The notes beneath the pieces are model-generated. The model did not search any database, was not told the origin of the DNA, and worked only from the letters and a program-made list of their open reading frames with translations. From the IMG/VR virus record IMGVR_UViG_3300046517_002960, positions 32,001 to 96,000 of that record: DNA of 64,000 nt; one strand, given 5' to 3'. The translations under genes and the position numbers were made by a program. Origin of the DNA: a virus. This document shows, piece by piece, positions 55,373 to 64,000 of the stretch (its first letter is position 1; every line of letters begins with the position of its first letter).

Positions 55373-55930
55373 ATGACCAGGACCCCCGACACCGACACCT
55401 GGACCTGGATCAAGCGCGCCATCGCGGTCGCGCTGTTCCTCGTCCTCCCCTTCGCGGTCGCCGCGTGCAAGAGCAGCAGCAGCTCCGAGGCTCAGGCCGG
55501 CAAGTCTGCCGCCGCCTCGGTCACCGCCAACCCGGCCTTCATCAAGGCCAAGGCCCTGGTGGCGCACTGTTTCGCCGGCACCCCGGTGCAGCAGGCCCAT
55601 CAGGCGCACCTGGTGTTCTTCTCCAGCGAGAACGGCAAGCACGGCGACGAGGTGAAGAAGGCCCGGGCCACGCTGCTCGGCTGCCTGGGCATCAGCAAGT
55701 CCGACGAGACCCCGTTCTTCAACGACGCGGTCACCCAGGCCAAGTACGGCAAGGTGCTTCTCACGCACGACGGCCGGGTCACCTACTTCGGGACCACGCT
55801 GCCGAACATCGTCCTGAAGTACTCCAGCGCCTACACCCCGCCCGCCAGCCCCGGCGCGGGCACCGTCCCGGGCGCCAGCGATGCGCCGATGCCGACCGCG
55901 ACCCCCGTCACGACAGGAGCCACCTCATGA
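55373..55930 (+). CDS. putative lipoprotein
   Basis: Hydrophobic stretch ending FAVAAC plus Ser linker. Confidence 0.7.
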   Translation: MTRTPDTDTWTWIKRAIAVALFLVLPFAVAACKSSSSSEAQAGKSAAASVTANPAFIKAKALVAHCFAGTPVQQAHQAHLVFFSSENGKHGDEVKKARATLLGCLGISKSDETPFFNDAVTQAKYGKVLLTHDGRVTYFGTTLPNIVLKYSSAYTPPASPGAGTVPGASDAPMPTATPVTTGATS

Positions 55931-56136
55931 GCGAGCAGGTCACGTACCGGGAACTGTTCGAGAAGTACGCCCGGCGCGAGCAGCGCCGTGACATCGCGGC
56001 CATCGTCAGCGGTGTCGCCGCGGTCGTCGGGCTGGCCGGCTCGGTGCTGGCCCTGCGGGAGCTGAAGGCCGACCGGGCCGCCGTCCAGGCCGTGCAGGCT
56101 GCCCGCCGCCCGGGCCGGCCCGCCGGGAGGCCGTGA
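55927..56136 (+). CDS. small membrane protein
   Basis: ATGA overlap; one TM. Confidence 0.6.
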   Translation: MSEQVTYRELFEKYARREQRRDIAAIVSGVAAVVGLAGSVLALRELKADRAAVQAVQAARRPGRPAGRP

Positions 56137-57242
56137 TGACCGCCATCCCGGTGGAGCCGGAGCGCCCTGTCGTCACGAAGCGGCCCGGGCGCAAGTCCAC
56201 CGACCTGCCGCGGATCCGGCCGCTGTCCTGGCTCGGCCTCGAATCGGTCGCCTGGGGCGTGGTCATCGCGCACCTGATCAAGTGGGCGGTGTCGTTCGGC
56301 TACTACGTCGCCTGGCAGGTCAAGTACGGCGTCGGCCAGGCATCCGGCCCCGGGTACTTCACGGTCTGGAACGGCAAGGACTTCTGGGACCGCCTGGTCA
56401 TCCACATCCAGAACGGGCTGCCCGGCGAGGTCGCCGTCCTGGCCGGGATCGCGGTCGCGGTCATCGCGGGCCTGGTGTTCTGGCTGGTCGCCCGGCCGGA
56501 GCGGGCCTGGTCCAAGGCGCTCGTCACCGGGCTCGCCGTGGCCTGCGGGACCGGCGCGGCGCTCGGCATTGCCTGGCAGCTGGCCGGCTGGCACGTGCAC
56601 TGGTTCCCGACCCAGGAGGAGCCCGCCTGGTGGGTGACGTGGCGGCACGACGCCCGCGACGTCGGCATCGCCGTGATCGCCACCATCATCGTCCGGCTCC
56701 TGTTCGTCAAGCCGAAGTACCCGGCTGACGACAACCCCGGCTGGAAGGTCTACGCCACCTCCGTGCCGAAGGCGATCAGCCTGGCGCTCATCCCCATCGC
56801 GCTGATCGGCGTGCTGGCCTGGAAGGTGCCGTGGCTGATGCAGCACGGCTGGAAGGTCCCGGCGAACTGGGGCGTGTACGCGTCCGAGGTAAACGGCTGG
56901 ATAGAGGCCGGAACCTGGATCACGGTCGTCATGGGCATCCTCGGCGGTCTCGCCGCCAGCAAGGCCATCCAGCGGGTGGCGGACGACATCCAGTGGTTCA
57001 TGGCCGAGCGCTCGGCCGGGCACGTCCGGTCCGAGAGCGGCCTGGACGCCCTGCGCGGCAACCGGGTAATCGGCAGCCCGTCGCACCGTCTCCGCACGCG
57101 CTGGATGCTGGGGCGCTCCCTGACGCTGCCGTCCCGCAACCCCTGGCTGGTCCGCGCCCTGGTCTTCGCCGGGTTCGTCACGCTGGTCTTCGCCGGCGCC
57201 GGCGCCTGGCTCAACCTGTTCGGCCCGGCCGCACCGCACTAG
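56133..57242 (+). CDS. multi-pass membrane protein
   Basis: About 7-8 hydrophobic segments. Confidence 0.75.
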   Translation: MMTAIPVEPERPVVTKRPGRKSTDLPRIRPLSWLGLESVAWGVVIAHLIKWAVSFGYYVAWQVKYGVGQASGPGYFTVWNGKDFWDRLVIHIQNGLPGEVAVLAGIAVAVIAGLVFWLVARPERAWSKALVTGLAVACGTGAALGIAWQLAGWHVHWFPTQEEPAWWVTWRHDARDVGIAVIATIIVRLLFVKPKYPADDNPGWKVYATSVPKAISLALIPIALIGVLAWKVPWLMQHGWKVPANWGVYASEVNGWIEAGTWITVVMGILGGLAASKAIQRVADDIQWFMAERSAGHVRSESGLDALRGNRVIGSPSHRLRTRWMLGRSLTLPSRNPWLVRALVFAGFVTLVFAGAGAWLNLFGPAAPH

Positions 57243-57259
57243 GACAGGAGGACACGAGC

Positions 57260-57655
57260 ATGTTCTACTGCGACCCGTGCCGCCGCAAGCGGCAGTGGCC
57301 GGAGTCCCTGGCCCGCAGCCGCGGCTCATGCGAGGTGTGCGGCCAGGCGGCGGTGTGCTACGACATGCCCAGCCCCCGGCTGTCGGCGCCCGGAGCCGGG
57401 GGTCCCTACCCCGATCGCGAGCACGGCGGCGGCGCCGAGGCGACCCGGTACCGGTACTTTGTCACCTATCCCGGCGAGCCTGAACGCGAGGTGGACGTGC
57501 ACGAGTGGCGCGCCGCCGAGCAGGCTGCCGGGTTCTGGCCGAAGCTGGGACCGGGACACAACGCGACAGCCGGGTTCGGAGGCAAGGGGATCCGCGGCCG
57601 GATGCAGCTGATCCCCGCCGGCCCCGGGCACCTGCGCACCGGCAGGCTGCTGTGA
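57260..57655 (+). CDS. Zn-finger hypothetical protein
   Basis: RBS caggagg; YCDPC..CEVCG..C. Confidence 0.65.
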   Translation: MFYCDPCRRKRQWPESLARSRGSCEVCGQAAVCYDMPSPRLSAPGAGGPYPDREHGGGAEATRYRYFVTYPGEPEREVDVHEWRAAEQAAGFWPKLGPGHNATAGFGGKGIRGRMQLIPAGPGHLRTGRLL

Positions 57656-57987
57656 CCGCGTACCTGCTGCCGGCCAGCGGAGCCTGCGACCCGTCGCTGT
57701 GCCGGGCGCCCAGCTACCACGTATTCCTGCACGGGGCGCTGGCCTGCCAGTGTGGCGCGGAGATCATGGAGTCCTCGCCATGCGGGCCGGGCTGCGAGCG
57801 GCCTGGCCAATCATCCGGCCGGCCGGAGAATCCGGTCAGCTGCCCGTCCTGCGGCTCCCCCGACCGCGGCGAGCTGTACTACGTCGCCGGGCGCAACGAG
57901 CCGGTCAGCTGCAGCAGCGACTGGCACGACCCGGATGCCCGCGGGCCGGACGACGACCCTCACAACGATCAGGAGACACGTACGTGA
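57652..57987 (+). CDS. Cys-rich hypothetical protein
   Basis: GTGA overlap; CPSCGSPD..C..DWH. Confidence 0.55.
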   Translation: MTAYLLPASGACDPSLCRAPSYHVFLHGALACQCGAEIMESSPCGPGCERPGQSSGRPENPVSCPSCGSPDRGELYYVAGRNEPVSCSSDWHDPDARGPDDDPHNDQETRT

Positions 57988-58481
57988 ATGAAATTACTCG
58001 CACGGCCCTGCTGACATTCCAGGCCCGGGACGAGGGCGTCTCGCCTGACGTGCTGGCCGAGTGGGCCACGGCGCACGGTTTTGCGCCCGGGCCGCCGCAG
58101 CCTGGCCTGGCCAGCTACTACCACAGCACGGGCGATGTCCGGGTGGAAGCCGCCCAGCGGACCCCGCGGTGGATCACGTTCTCCACGAATCATCTCGGCC
58201 CGGGCGAGGAGGCGGTCGCGCGGCTGGTCCTGTGCGCCTGGGCGGAGTTCGGCGGGTCGCTGAACGCTTCCCTCGCGATCCGGGACATCATCCACGAGCG
58301 GGTGCACCAGGCGGACGACGACTACGACAACGATCAGGAGACCTCATTATGTGCGTCACCCTGCACGAAGCCCGGCTCGGCCAGACGGTCATCGCCGGCT
58401 GGCGGAACCCCGCCCGGCGGACCCACGCCCTGCTGTACGGCAACGAGCCGGAGAACCTGGCCGGCGTGCCCAACGCGATGA
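57984..58481 (+). CDS. hypothetical protein; TTA sits where a stop is expected (58347)
   Basis: RBS gatcaggagac; frame runs 133 nt into the next gene after TTA. Confidence 0.6.
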   Translation: MNEITRTALLTFQARDEGVSPDVLAEWATAHGFAPGPPQPGLASYYHSTGDVRVEAAQRTPRWITFSTNHLGPGEEAVARLVLCAWAEFGGSLNASLAIRDIIHERVHQADDDYDNDQETSLCASPCTKPGSARRSSPAGGTPPGGPTPCCTATSRRTWPACPTR

Positions 58482-59230
58482 TCCTGCACATCCCGCTCGA
58501 TCGCGACGCGACCCTGACCCAGGCCAACTTCATCCCCACTCACGGCCTGCGGCACGTCCTGGACGATATGTGGGCCGCCGCGCCGAAGTGGCAGGAACGG
58601 ATGACCCGCGGCGGCCTGCTGGGGGTGGCTGGCGAGCCCAGGGGGGTGTCCGTGTTCGACATGGGCTCCTACACCTGGATCGCCGCCACCCGCGCCCTCC
58701 CGGAGGACATCTACGCCGCCCTGCAGGAGGTCGCTGAAGACCGCCGCCCGCAGATCGGCCTGCCGCTGATCGACTGGTACCAGCGGACCTGGCCGCATGA
58801 TGCGCTCGCCATCGGCTGCTTCAGTGCGGCCCGCGGCGGCGCCACCGAGCCGGTCTGCGTGGAGTACCCGCCGCAGAAGTGGGGCTGGCTGCGCTACCCG
58901 GCGACCGACGCGCACGGCCGCATCCCGCGCTGGGGCGACCAGGTCACGGTCGATCACCGGATCATCGTCGGCACCGACGAGCTCGGCCTGGGCGGGGAGG
59001 CGCGCTACCGCGAGGCAGCCCGGATGGACCCGCGGCTGGCTGAGGCCCTGCCGCAGCTGGCGGTCGGCGCTGAGCTGGCCCGGGTCCCGATGGTCCAGGG
59101 CGACTTCTACATCGACTGGAGCAGCTTCGCCCAGGGTCACCAGGACCGCACCGGTCAGCTGATCCGCGCGCACGGCCCGGCCCCGTCCCCGGCCGGCCAC
59201 GACGACCTCATCCCGGTACCGCTGGGCTGA
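58349..59230 (+). CDS. uncharacterised conserved-looking protein
   Basis: RBS gatcaggagac; MC..H.L.Y.N..N..PNAM.L..P..DAH..VDH. Confidence 0.75.
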   Translation: MCVTLHEARLGQTVIAGWRNPARRTHALLYGNEPENLAGVPNAMILHIPLDRDATLTQANFIPTHGLRHVLDDMWAAAPKWQERMTRGGLLGVAGEPRGVSVFDMGSYTWIAATRALPEDIYAALQEVAEDRRPQIGLPLIDWYQRTWPHDALAIGCFSAARGGATEPVCVEYPPQKWGWLRYPATDAHGRIPRWGDQVTVDHRIIVGTDELGLGGEARYREAARMDPRLAEALPQLAVGAELARVPMVQGDFYIDWSSFAQGHQDRTGQLIRAHGPAPSPAGHDDLIPVPLG

Positions 59231-59250
59231 GCAGGAGGCAGGAGGCAGAT

Positions 59251-59526
59251 ATGGCAGCTGGCAACGAGGAGAAGCCGGTCGACCTGGGCGCGCTGGCCCG
59301 CTCCGTGCAGCTGGCGCTGCTCATTACCGACGCGGCCCTGCCGCTGTACGGGGCTCCCCGCGGCGCGACCGCAGATAGCCAGGAGATGATCGTCATGGAC
59401 CGGTCCCGGCTGCGCGGCATCGCGTTCACCGCCGTGCTGCGCGAGATGAACCGGTTCGAGTGCACGATCACGTCCGGCGCTCTCGAAGCGCTGATGGACA
59501 GGCGCGTGCCGGAAGCGGGGCTGTGA
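59251..59526 (+). CDS. hypothetical protein
   Basis: RBS aggagg. Confidence 0.65.
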   Translation: MAAGNEEKPVDLGALARSVQLALLITDAALPLYGAPRGATADSQEMIVMDRSRLRGIAFTAVLREMNRFECTITSGALEALMDRRVPEAGL

Positions 59527-59966
59527 TGCCGTCTCGCCGCGCCCGGAGGCCGGTCCTTAATTTCGCCGGGCTGGCCGTCGCGCTGGACGGCCGCACCGAC
59601 GTGCAGCTCGGCGGGTACGCCTGGGCGCGCTGGTACGGCACCGACGAGAAGAACCCGCTGCCGCCCGTGATCAGCATCGAAGTGCGCGGCACCGTCCTGG
59701 CGTTCGTCCGGCCGGGCTCGGTGCGGTTCCCCCGGCTCGAGCCGCTGCCGCAGGGCAGCGCCCGCAGGCAGCTGGAACGGCAGGCGTGGCTGAGCCTGGT
59801 CGTCGCGGACAACGGCCTGGGAACGGCCGTGACCAGCATCCGCGTCACTACCGCGCCCCGGGTCCGCGAGCGGCTGCCCGCCATCGACGGCGACCCGGCC
59901 CGGCTGGCCTCCGGGACCACGTATCCCGTCACGGAACACGATCAGGATCAGGAGAAAACTGCATGA
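59526..59966 (+). CDS. hypothetical protein
   Basis: TGATG coupling. Confidence 0.6.
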   Translation: MPSRRARRPVLNFAGLAVALDGRTDVQLGGYAWARWYGTDEKNPLPPVISIEVRGTVLAFVRPGSVRFPRLEPLPQGSARRQLERQAWLSLVVADNGLGTAVTSIRVTTAPRVRERLPAIDGDPARLASGTTYPVTEHDQDQEKTA

Positions 59967-60340
59967 GCATGGACAGCAGGGACTGGCAGGACTTCGCTAG
60001 CGTGTACCGGGCCGGAGCGGAGCGCGCCGCCGGCTGGTCGCATAACACGGCCATGGTGCAGCACACCGCCGTCCTGGAGCGCCAGGCGGACCGGTGCGAG
60101 GAGATCGCCCCGGACCGGGACGGCAACCCCCCGGTCGTGCATGATCACGACCACTTCCACACCGACCCGGACGACCCCCAGCACCGGCTCCGGCATCACG
60201 ACCGGCACAGTCACGGCCGGGGCCAGACCGAGCACACGGGCGGGGTCTCTGGCCACGCGCATGATGGTGGCAGGGACGGCGGGCTGGATCCGTTCGCGCT
60301 GCTCCAGCCGCTGTTCCCGCCGGAACGGAGCGGGTCATGA
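59963..60340 (+). CDS. His-rich protein
   Basis: HDHDHFHTD..HRLRHHDRHSH..EH..HAH. Confidence 0.65.
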   Translation: MSMDSRDWQDFASVYRAGAERAAGWSHNTAMVQHTAVLERQADRCEEIAPDRDGNPPVVHDHDHFHTDPDDPQHRLRHHDRHSHGRGQTEHTGGVSGHAHDGGRDGGLDPFALLQPLFPPERSGS

Positions 60341-60582
60341 AACTCCCGCTGCACGACGAGCACGGCTTCCTCGGCCCGGTGGAGGCCGCATTTCACGCCT
60401 GCTTCGAGCAGGGCGGGTTCTCCACGCCGGAACGGGAGGCAGCCCGGATGCTGCTGGACGGCGGGACCGGGGAGCAGCGGGCGCTGGCCTGGATGACAAA
60501 GCAGGGCCTGGCCCTGGACGACCTGGCATGGGACCCCGGCCAGCTCGCGCACTACCGCAGCAAGACAGATCAGGAGACATGA
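60337..60582 (+). CDS. hypothetical protein
   Basis: ATGA overlaps. Confidence 0.6.
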   Translation: MKLPLHDEHGFLGPVEAAFHACFEQGGFSTPEREAARMLLDGGTGEQRALAWMTKQGLALDDLAWDPGQLAHYRSKTDQET

Positions 60583-61055
60583 CGATGGAACCCTACGTGA
60601 CCCATGACGGGCTCGAGGTCCGCGAGGGCCGCTACATCCAGGACGGCCCGCAGACGCTCTACAAGGTCAGCAGCTCGGCTCCCGGGATCGTCCGGCTGAT
60701 CGTCTGCCTGGACGACGGCGAGCTGCCCGGCCGGACCGCGGTGCGCAGCTTCGCCCCGGAGCAGGTGCACGGCATGAGCTCACCCAGCGGTGCGCTCTGC
60801 GACCGGTACGAGGCCATGGCGAGCGCGGGCAGCCTGAGCGGCCGGGACCTGGGCCTGCTCGCCAGCTACGCGGACGGCCCGCTGATCTGGGACGCTGCTG
60901 ACCTGTTCGCGATCGTCTGCAGGCTGGCGGAGCGGGGCCTGCTCGAGCCCGCCCGGACGGACATCGGGTACGGCCCGGAAGACAGGGGCGCGTACCAGCT
61001 GACCGAGGCGGGCCGCGTGGTCCTGGCGAGCGCCGGGGACGTGGCACAGCCGTGA
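60579..61055 (+). CDS. hypothetical protein with C-terminal winged-helix-like segment
   Basis: LAERGLLE..AYQLTEAGR. Confidence 0.65.
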   Translation: MTMEPYVTHDGLEVREGRYIQDGPQTLYKVSSSAPGIVRLIVCLDDGELPGRTAVRSFAPEQVHGMSSPSGALCDRYEAMASAGSLSGRDLGLLASYADGPLIWDAADLFAIVCRLAERGLLEPARTDIGYGPEDRGAYQLTEAGRVVLASAGDVAQP

Positions 61056-61300
61056 ACCACACCACCCAGGGCGCGCTCGGCACCGTGTTTCATCACAACG
61101 GCGACTACAGCGGCGACGTGACCGTCATCCCGGTTAGCTTCCCCGAGCGGCGTGACGGCCCGGACGGCGCCATCAGCTTCAGCGTGGACATCCCGTTCGA
61201 GGACCTGCGCCAGCTGGTGCTCGGCTACCTGCGCGACCGCCGGATCGAGCACCTGGAGCAGATCAGCGACGACGAGCTGGAAGCGGAGCTGCTGCGGTGA
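61052..61300 (+). CDS. hypothetical protein
   Basis: TVFHHNGDYSGDV..IPFEDL. Confidence 0.65.
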   Translation: MNHTTQGALGTVFHHNGDYSGDVTVIPVSFPERRDGPDGAISFSVDIPFEDLRQLVLGYLRDRRIEHLEQISDDELEAELLR

Positions 61301-61725
61301 CCGCCCACCCGCAGGTCCCGATGGTGCCGCCCGGCGAAGACGAGCCGGTCGGCATCGACACCCTGATGGTCCCGCTGATCACCGCGCTGTGGGAGACCGG
61401 GTATGCCACGATCACCTGCTGCCAGGATCTCGGCGAGTCGATCGGCTCACTCAGCCGGCGCAAGGCTGCCTACTGGAAGGGCTGGGTGCTGCTGGAGCTG
61501 ACCTTCACGAGCGCGAAGGCGCTGATGGAGCTTGCGGCCGGGTTCGGCAGGTTCTCGATGCACTGGGCAGACGACGACGCGTGGGACGTGTCCGTGCCGG
61601 TGGTCATGCTCGGGTCCGGTGCGGTCATGCCCGGCATCGTCCAGGTGCATTTCCCGCAGGTCCAGCTGGAGCGCCTGACCGGGCTGGTGAAGGCGCACGG
61701 CGCGCAGTTCCTGGAAGGGAGGTAA
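61297..61725 (+). CDS. hypothetical protein
   Basis: IDTLMVPLITALWETGYATITCCQ. Confidence 0.7.
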   Translation: MTAHPQVPMVPPGEDEPVGIDTLMVPLITALWETGYATITCCQDLGESIGSLSRRKAAYWKGWVLLELTFTSAKALMELAAGFGRFSMHWADDDAWDVSVPVVMLGSGAVMPGIVQVHFPQVQLERLTGLVKAHGAQFLEGR

Positions 61726-61728
61726 GCC

Positions 61729-64000
61729 ATGGCCGGCGGCAAGCGCAAGCGCAAGAACGGCAACGCCAAGACAGTCAAGCGGTCGCGCCTGTCCCGCCGG
61801 CCGCCGGGCAACCGGTACGGCGACCACGGCTACGGCTACGTCGGGAACACCGCACCGGAGGAGCCGTATGCCGGGCCGGGCGAGCCGGAGCTGGCGGGCA
61901 TGCCCGCGGCGCTGGCCGGCTACGGCCCCGATGACCAGATCCCGGTCGTCATCCAGGCTGACCCGGATGGCCCGGTGCCGCCCAACGCGGGCGCCTACAT
62001 CGGCGAGGCCAACACGACGATCATGATGGTCAATGCCGAGACCGGCGAGGAGTACCCCGCGCCGCCCGGGTCACGGCTGTACGTGCGGACCAGCGGCCCG
62101 GAACCCGGCATCGACCAGACCGTCCGGGTCGGGGACCTGACGGCGATGGAGAAGATCCCGGCCCAGGTGATCACCAGCGTCCCCGAGGACGACACAACCG
62201 GCATGCAGCCCGGCGACGTGATCGCGACCCGCCAGCCGGTCGGCTACACCGACCGTGACGGCAGCCCGGTCATCTACGCCGACACCGGGATCAGCCTGCC
62301 GCCCACCGGCCCGCGCGGGAACATCGCGCCGGGCAGCCGGGTGTGGCGGGCCGGGCACGCGCCGCCCGGCGCCGTCATCGCCGGGGAGGACGTCCGGTTC
62401 CCCGCGCTGCGGGCCGAGCCCGCGCAGGAGGGCATGACGCCCCGCGGGCAGCCCCGGCAGGGTTCCCGCGACGTGCCCGGCACGCCGGAATTGAGCCAGC
62501 TGAAGGGCGTCCTCCCGCCGCACCTGACCGGGGCTGCTAACCAGGCTCTGTCCGGGCGCCAGGACCCGGCCATGACCCCGGAGCTGAGCGGCGAGCTGCT
62601 ACGCCAGATGGAAGCCCGCTCCCCCGGCCTGACCGCCCGGCTGGCTCGCGGGATGAGCAAGGACGAGCTCGGCCAGCCGGAGATCGTCGTCACCGATGAC
62701 CTGGACAGCGTGCCCGCCGGGCCGGAGGACGACGACACGTTCGTGATCGAGGACCTGGACCCGGGCGATCCCGACGCCGGGCGGCTGCGGCTGGGCAGCC
62801 GGACCCAGGTGGAAGCCGCCCGCCGCGCCGAGCGGGCCGCGGACGAGCGGGCGCGCAAGCTGATCCCCGGCCGGGCGGACCCGCGTGGCATCCCGCGCAG
62901 CTATGACGCGGCCACCGCTGTCCGGGTCCGGAAGACCTGGACGGCGGATGAGGTGCTGGACATGCACGCCTGGCTGACCCGGGCGTACCGGAACCCGTCC
63001 GATGCCCTGGCGGACTACCTGGCATTCCACATGCGGCGTGCGCTCGCTGACGACCTCAACACGGAGCAGCTGTTCTGGCCGGTCGACGTGCGCCAGGGCG
63101 CTGACATTCCGCAGGGCCGCCAGATGGCGCAGCTGATCGCCCGCGGGCTGGATGACTCCCGGACACTCCAGGTGACCGCGCCGATGGTGCACCAGCTGCG
63201 CGACGACTGGGCAGGCCGGGGCGCCGGGCAGCTGGTGCTAGACGAGGGTGTCCTGCCGGTCCCGGCCGGGTTCGCCTGGCTGGACTCGCCGTGGCTGGCC
63301 GAGAAGCCGGGCGAGGGCTTCTGGCTGCCGGTCCGGGCCGTGTCCTGGGAGCGCACCGTGGTCACGGCCAGGAGCGAGCACGGGCAGCCCTTCGCCCCGC
63401 CGGGCCTGTCGCAGGCCGACGCGGTCCGGGTCGTGCTGTGGCTGCTGATCGCCGACGACGTCGCGTTCGGCTCGTGGGCGGGCGCGGAGAAGCGCTCCGC
63501 CAAGGTGGCCAACAAGGTCGGCCAGCTCGTCCCGCAGCAGATCGCCGTGCTGCCGTTCGGCATCCGGACCAGCACCCGGGGCGGGGTGACCTCCAACGGC
63601 CGGGAGCTGATCGGGCTGCTTCACGCCCTGTGGACGACCCTGGGGGAAAAGCTGCCGAAATCCCGCCAGGTGCGGGCCAGCGCCCCGGCCGTCCGCCAGC
63701 GGGTGCAGAAATCAATCCGGCATGGCACGGTGACGATCATCCCGCTGCGTGAGTACGACTACGTCGGCGAGCCGGACGGGCGCCACCCGCAGCACCGGGA
63801 CTGGACCTGCCGCTGGCCCGTGAACGAGCATTACCGGCACATCGACTACTACGACGACGGCACCGACGAGCGGGGCCGCCGCCGCCGGCATTCCGCGGTC
63901 CCCGCTCTGCGCAGCGGCGCGGTCGCGGATGATGACCATGACATCTGCGCGGTGTGCCAGGCCAACGGCCAGACCATCCGGATCACGCTGGTGCACGGGC
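61729..64000 (+). CDS. large hypothetical protein, 3' partial (>750 aa)
   Basis: SD GGGAGG plus ATG; no stop before the window end, so absent from the ORF track; basic N-terminus, WTCRWPVNEHYR near the end. Confidence 0.75.
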   Translation, partial: MAGGKRKRKNGNAKTVKRSRLSRRPPGNRYGDHGYGYVGNTAPEEPYAGPGEPELAGMPAALAGYGPDDQIPVVIQADPDGPVPPNAGAYIGEANTTIMMVNAETGEEYPAPPGSRLYVRTSGPEPGIDQTVRVGDLTAMEKIPAQVITSVPEDDTTGMQPGDVIATRQPVGYTDRDGSPVIYADTGISLPPTGPRGNIAPGSRVWRAGHAPPGAVIAGEDVRFPALRAEPAQEGMTPRGQPRQGSRDVPGTPELSQLKGVLPPHLTGAANQALSGRQDPAMTPELSGELLRQMEARSPGLTARLARGMSKDELGQPEIVVTDDLDSVPAGPEDDDTFVIEDLDPGDPDAGRLRLGSRTQVEAARRAERAADERARKLIPGRADPRGIPRSYDAATAVRVRKTWTADEVLDMHAWLTRAYRNPSDALADYLAFHMRRALADDLNTEQLFWPVDVRQGADIPQGRQMAQLIARGLDDSRTLQVTAPMVHQLRDDWAGRGAGQLVLDEGVLPVPAGFAWLDSPWLAEKPGEGFWLPVRAVSWERTVVTARSEHGQPFAPPGLSQADAVRVVLWLLIADDVAFGSWAGAEKRSAKVANKVGQLVPQQIAVLPFGIRTSTRGGVTSNGRELIGLLHALWTTLGEKLPKSRQVRASAPAVRQRVQKSIRHGTVTIIPLREYDYVGEPDGRHPQHRDWTCRWPVNEHYRHIDYYDDGTDERGRRRRHSAVPALRSGAVADDDHDICAVCQANGQTIRITLVHG

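Noticed and set aside
58344-58360. Matched-codon bypass fusing the 57984 and 58349 genes
   Set aside because: No landing codon matching TCA in the downstream frame
1-64000. tRNA, rRNA, integrase and virion structural genes
   Set aside because: No cloverleaf or recognisable motifs found by eye; a tRNAscan/HMM run is needed to be certain

Overview
64 kb of very GC-rich, densely packed, phage-like DNA, most consistent with the early/middle and replication regions of a large actinobacteriophage or phage-like element. I found no capsid, tail, terminase, tRNA, rRNA or CRISPR array. There are three blocks. (1) + strand, 1-20.6 kb: many small hypotheticals, a RepA-like AAA ATPase, a membrane protein pair, an HNH homing endonuclease and a TrmL-like SPOUT methyltransferase. 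(2) - strand, 20.7-46.2 kb: DUF1906 lysin, DivIVA, flavohaemoglobin, RecD-like helicase, a 1888-aa primase-helicase-PolA fusion with an intein and embedded iterons, RuvC, MazG, an intein-containing SNF2 helicase, an SSB-like protein and a Cas4-like nuclease. (3) + strand, 46.3-64 kb: Lsr2, HTH, DUF932, membrane/secreted proteins. The strongest signal is that two nuclease genes (Cas4-like and packaging-type HNH) break frame exactly at an in-frame TTA codon, which is otherwise almost absent here. Each TTA is flanked by matching take-off and landing codons (10-nt and 5-nt gaps), and skipping the gap restores the conserved protein. This suggests multi-gene UUA-triggered ribosomal bypassing, possibly linked to the phage's own TrmL-like methyltransferase. 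All family calls come from motif recognition by eye; no searches were run.
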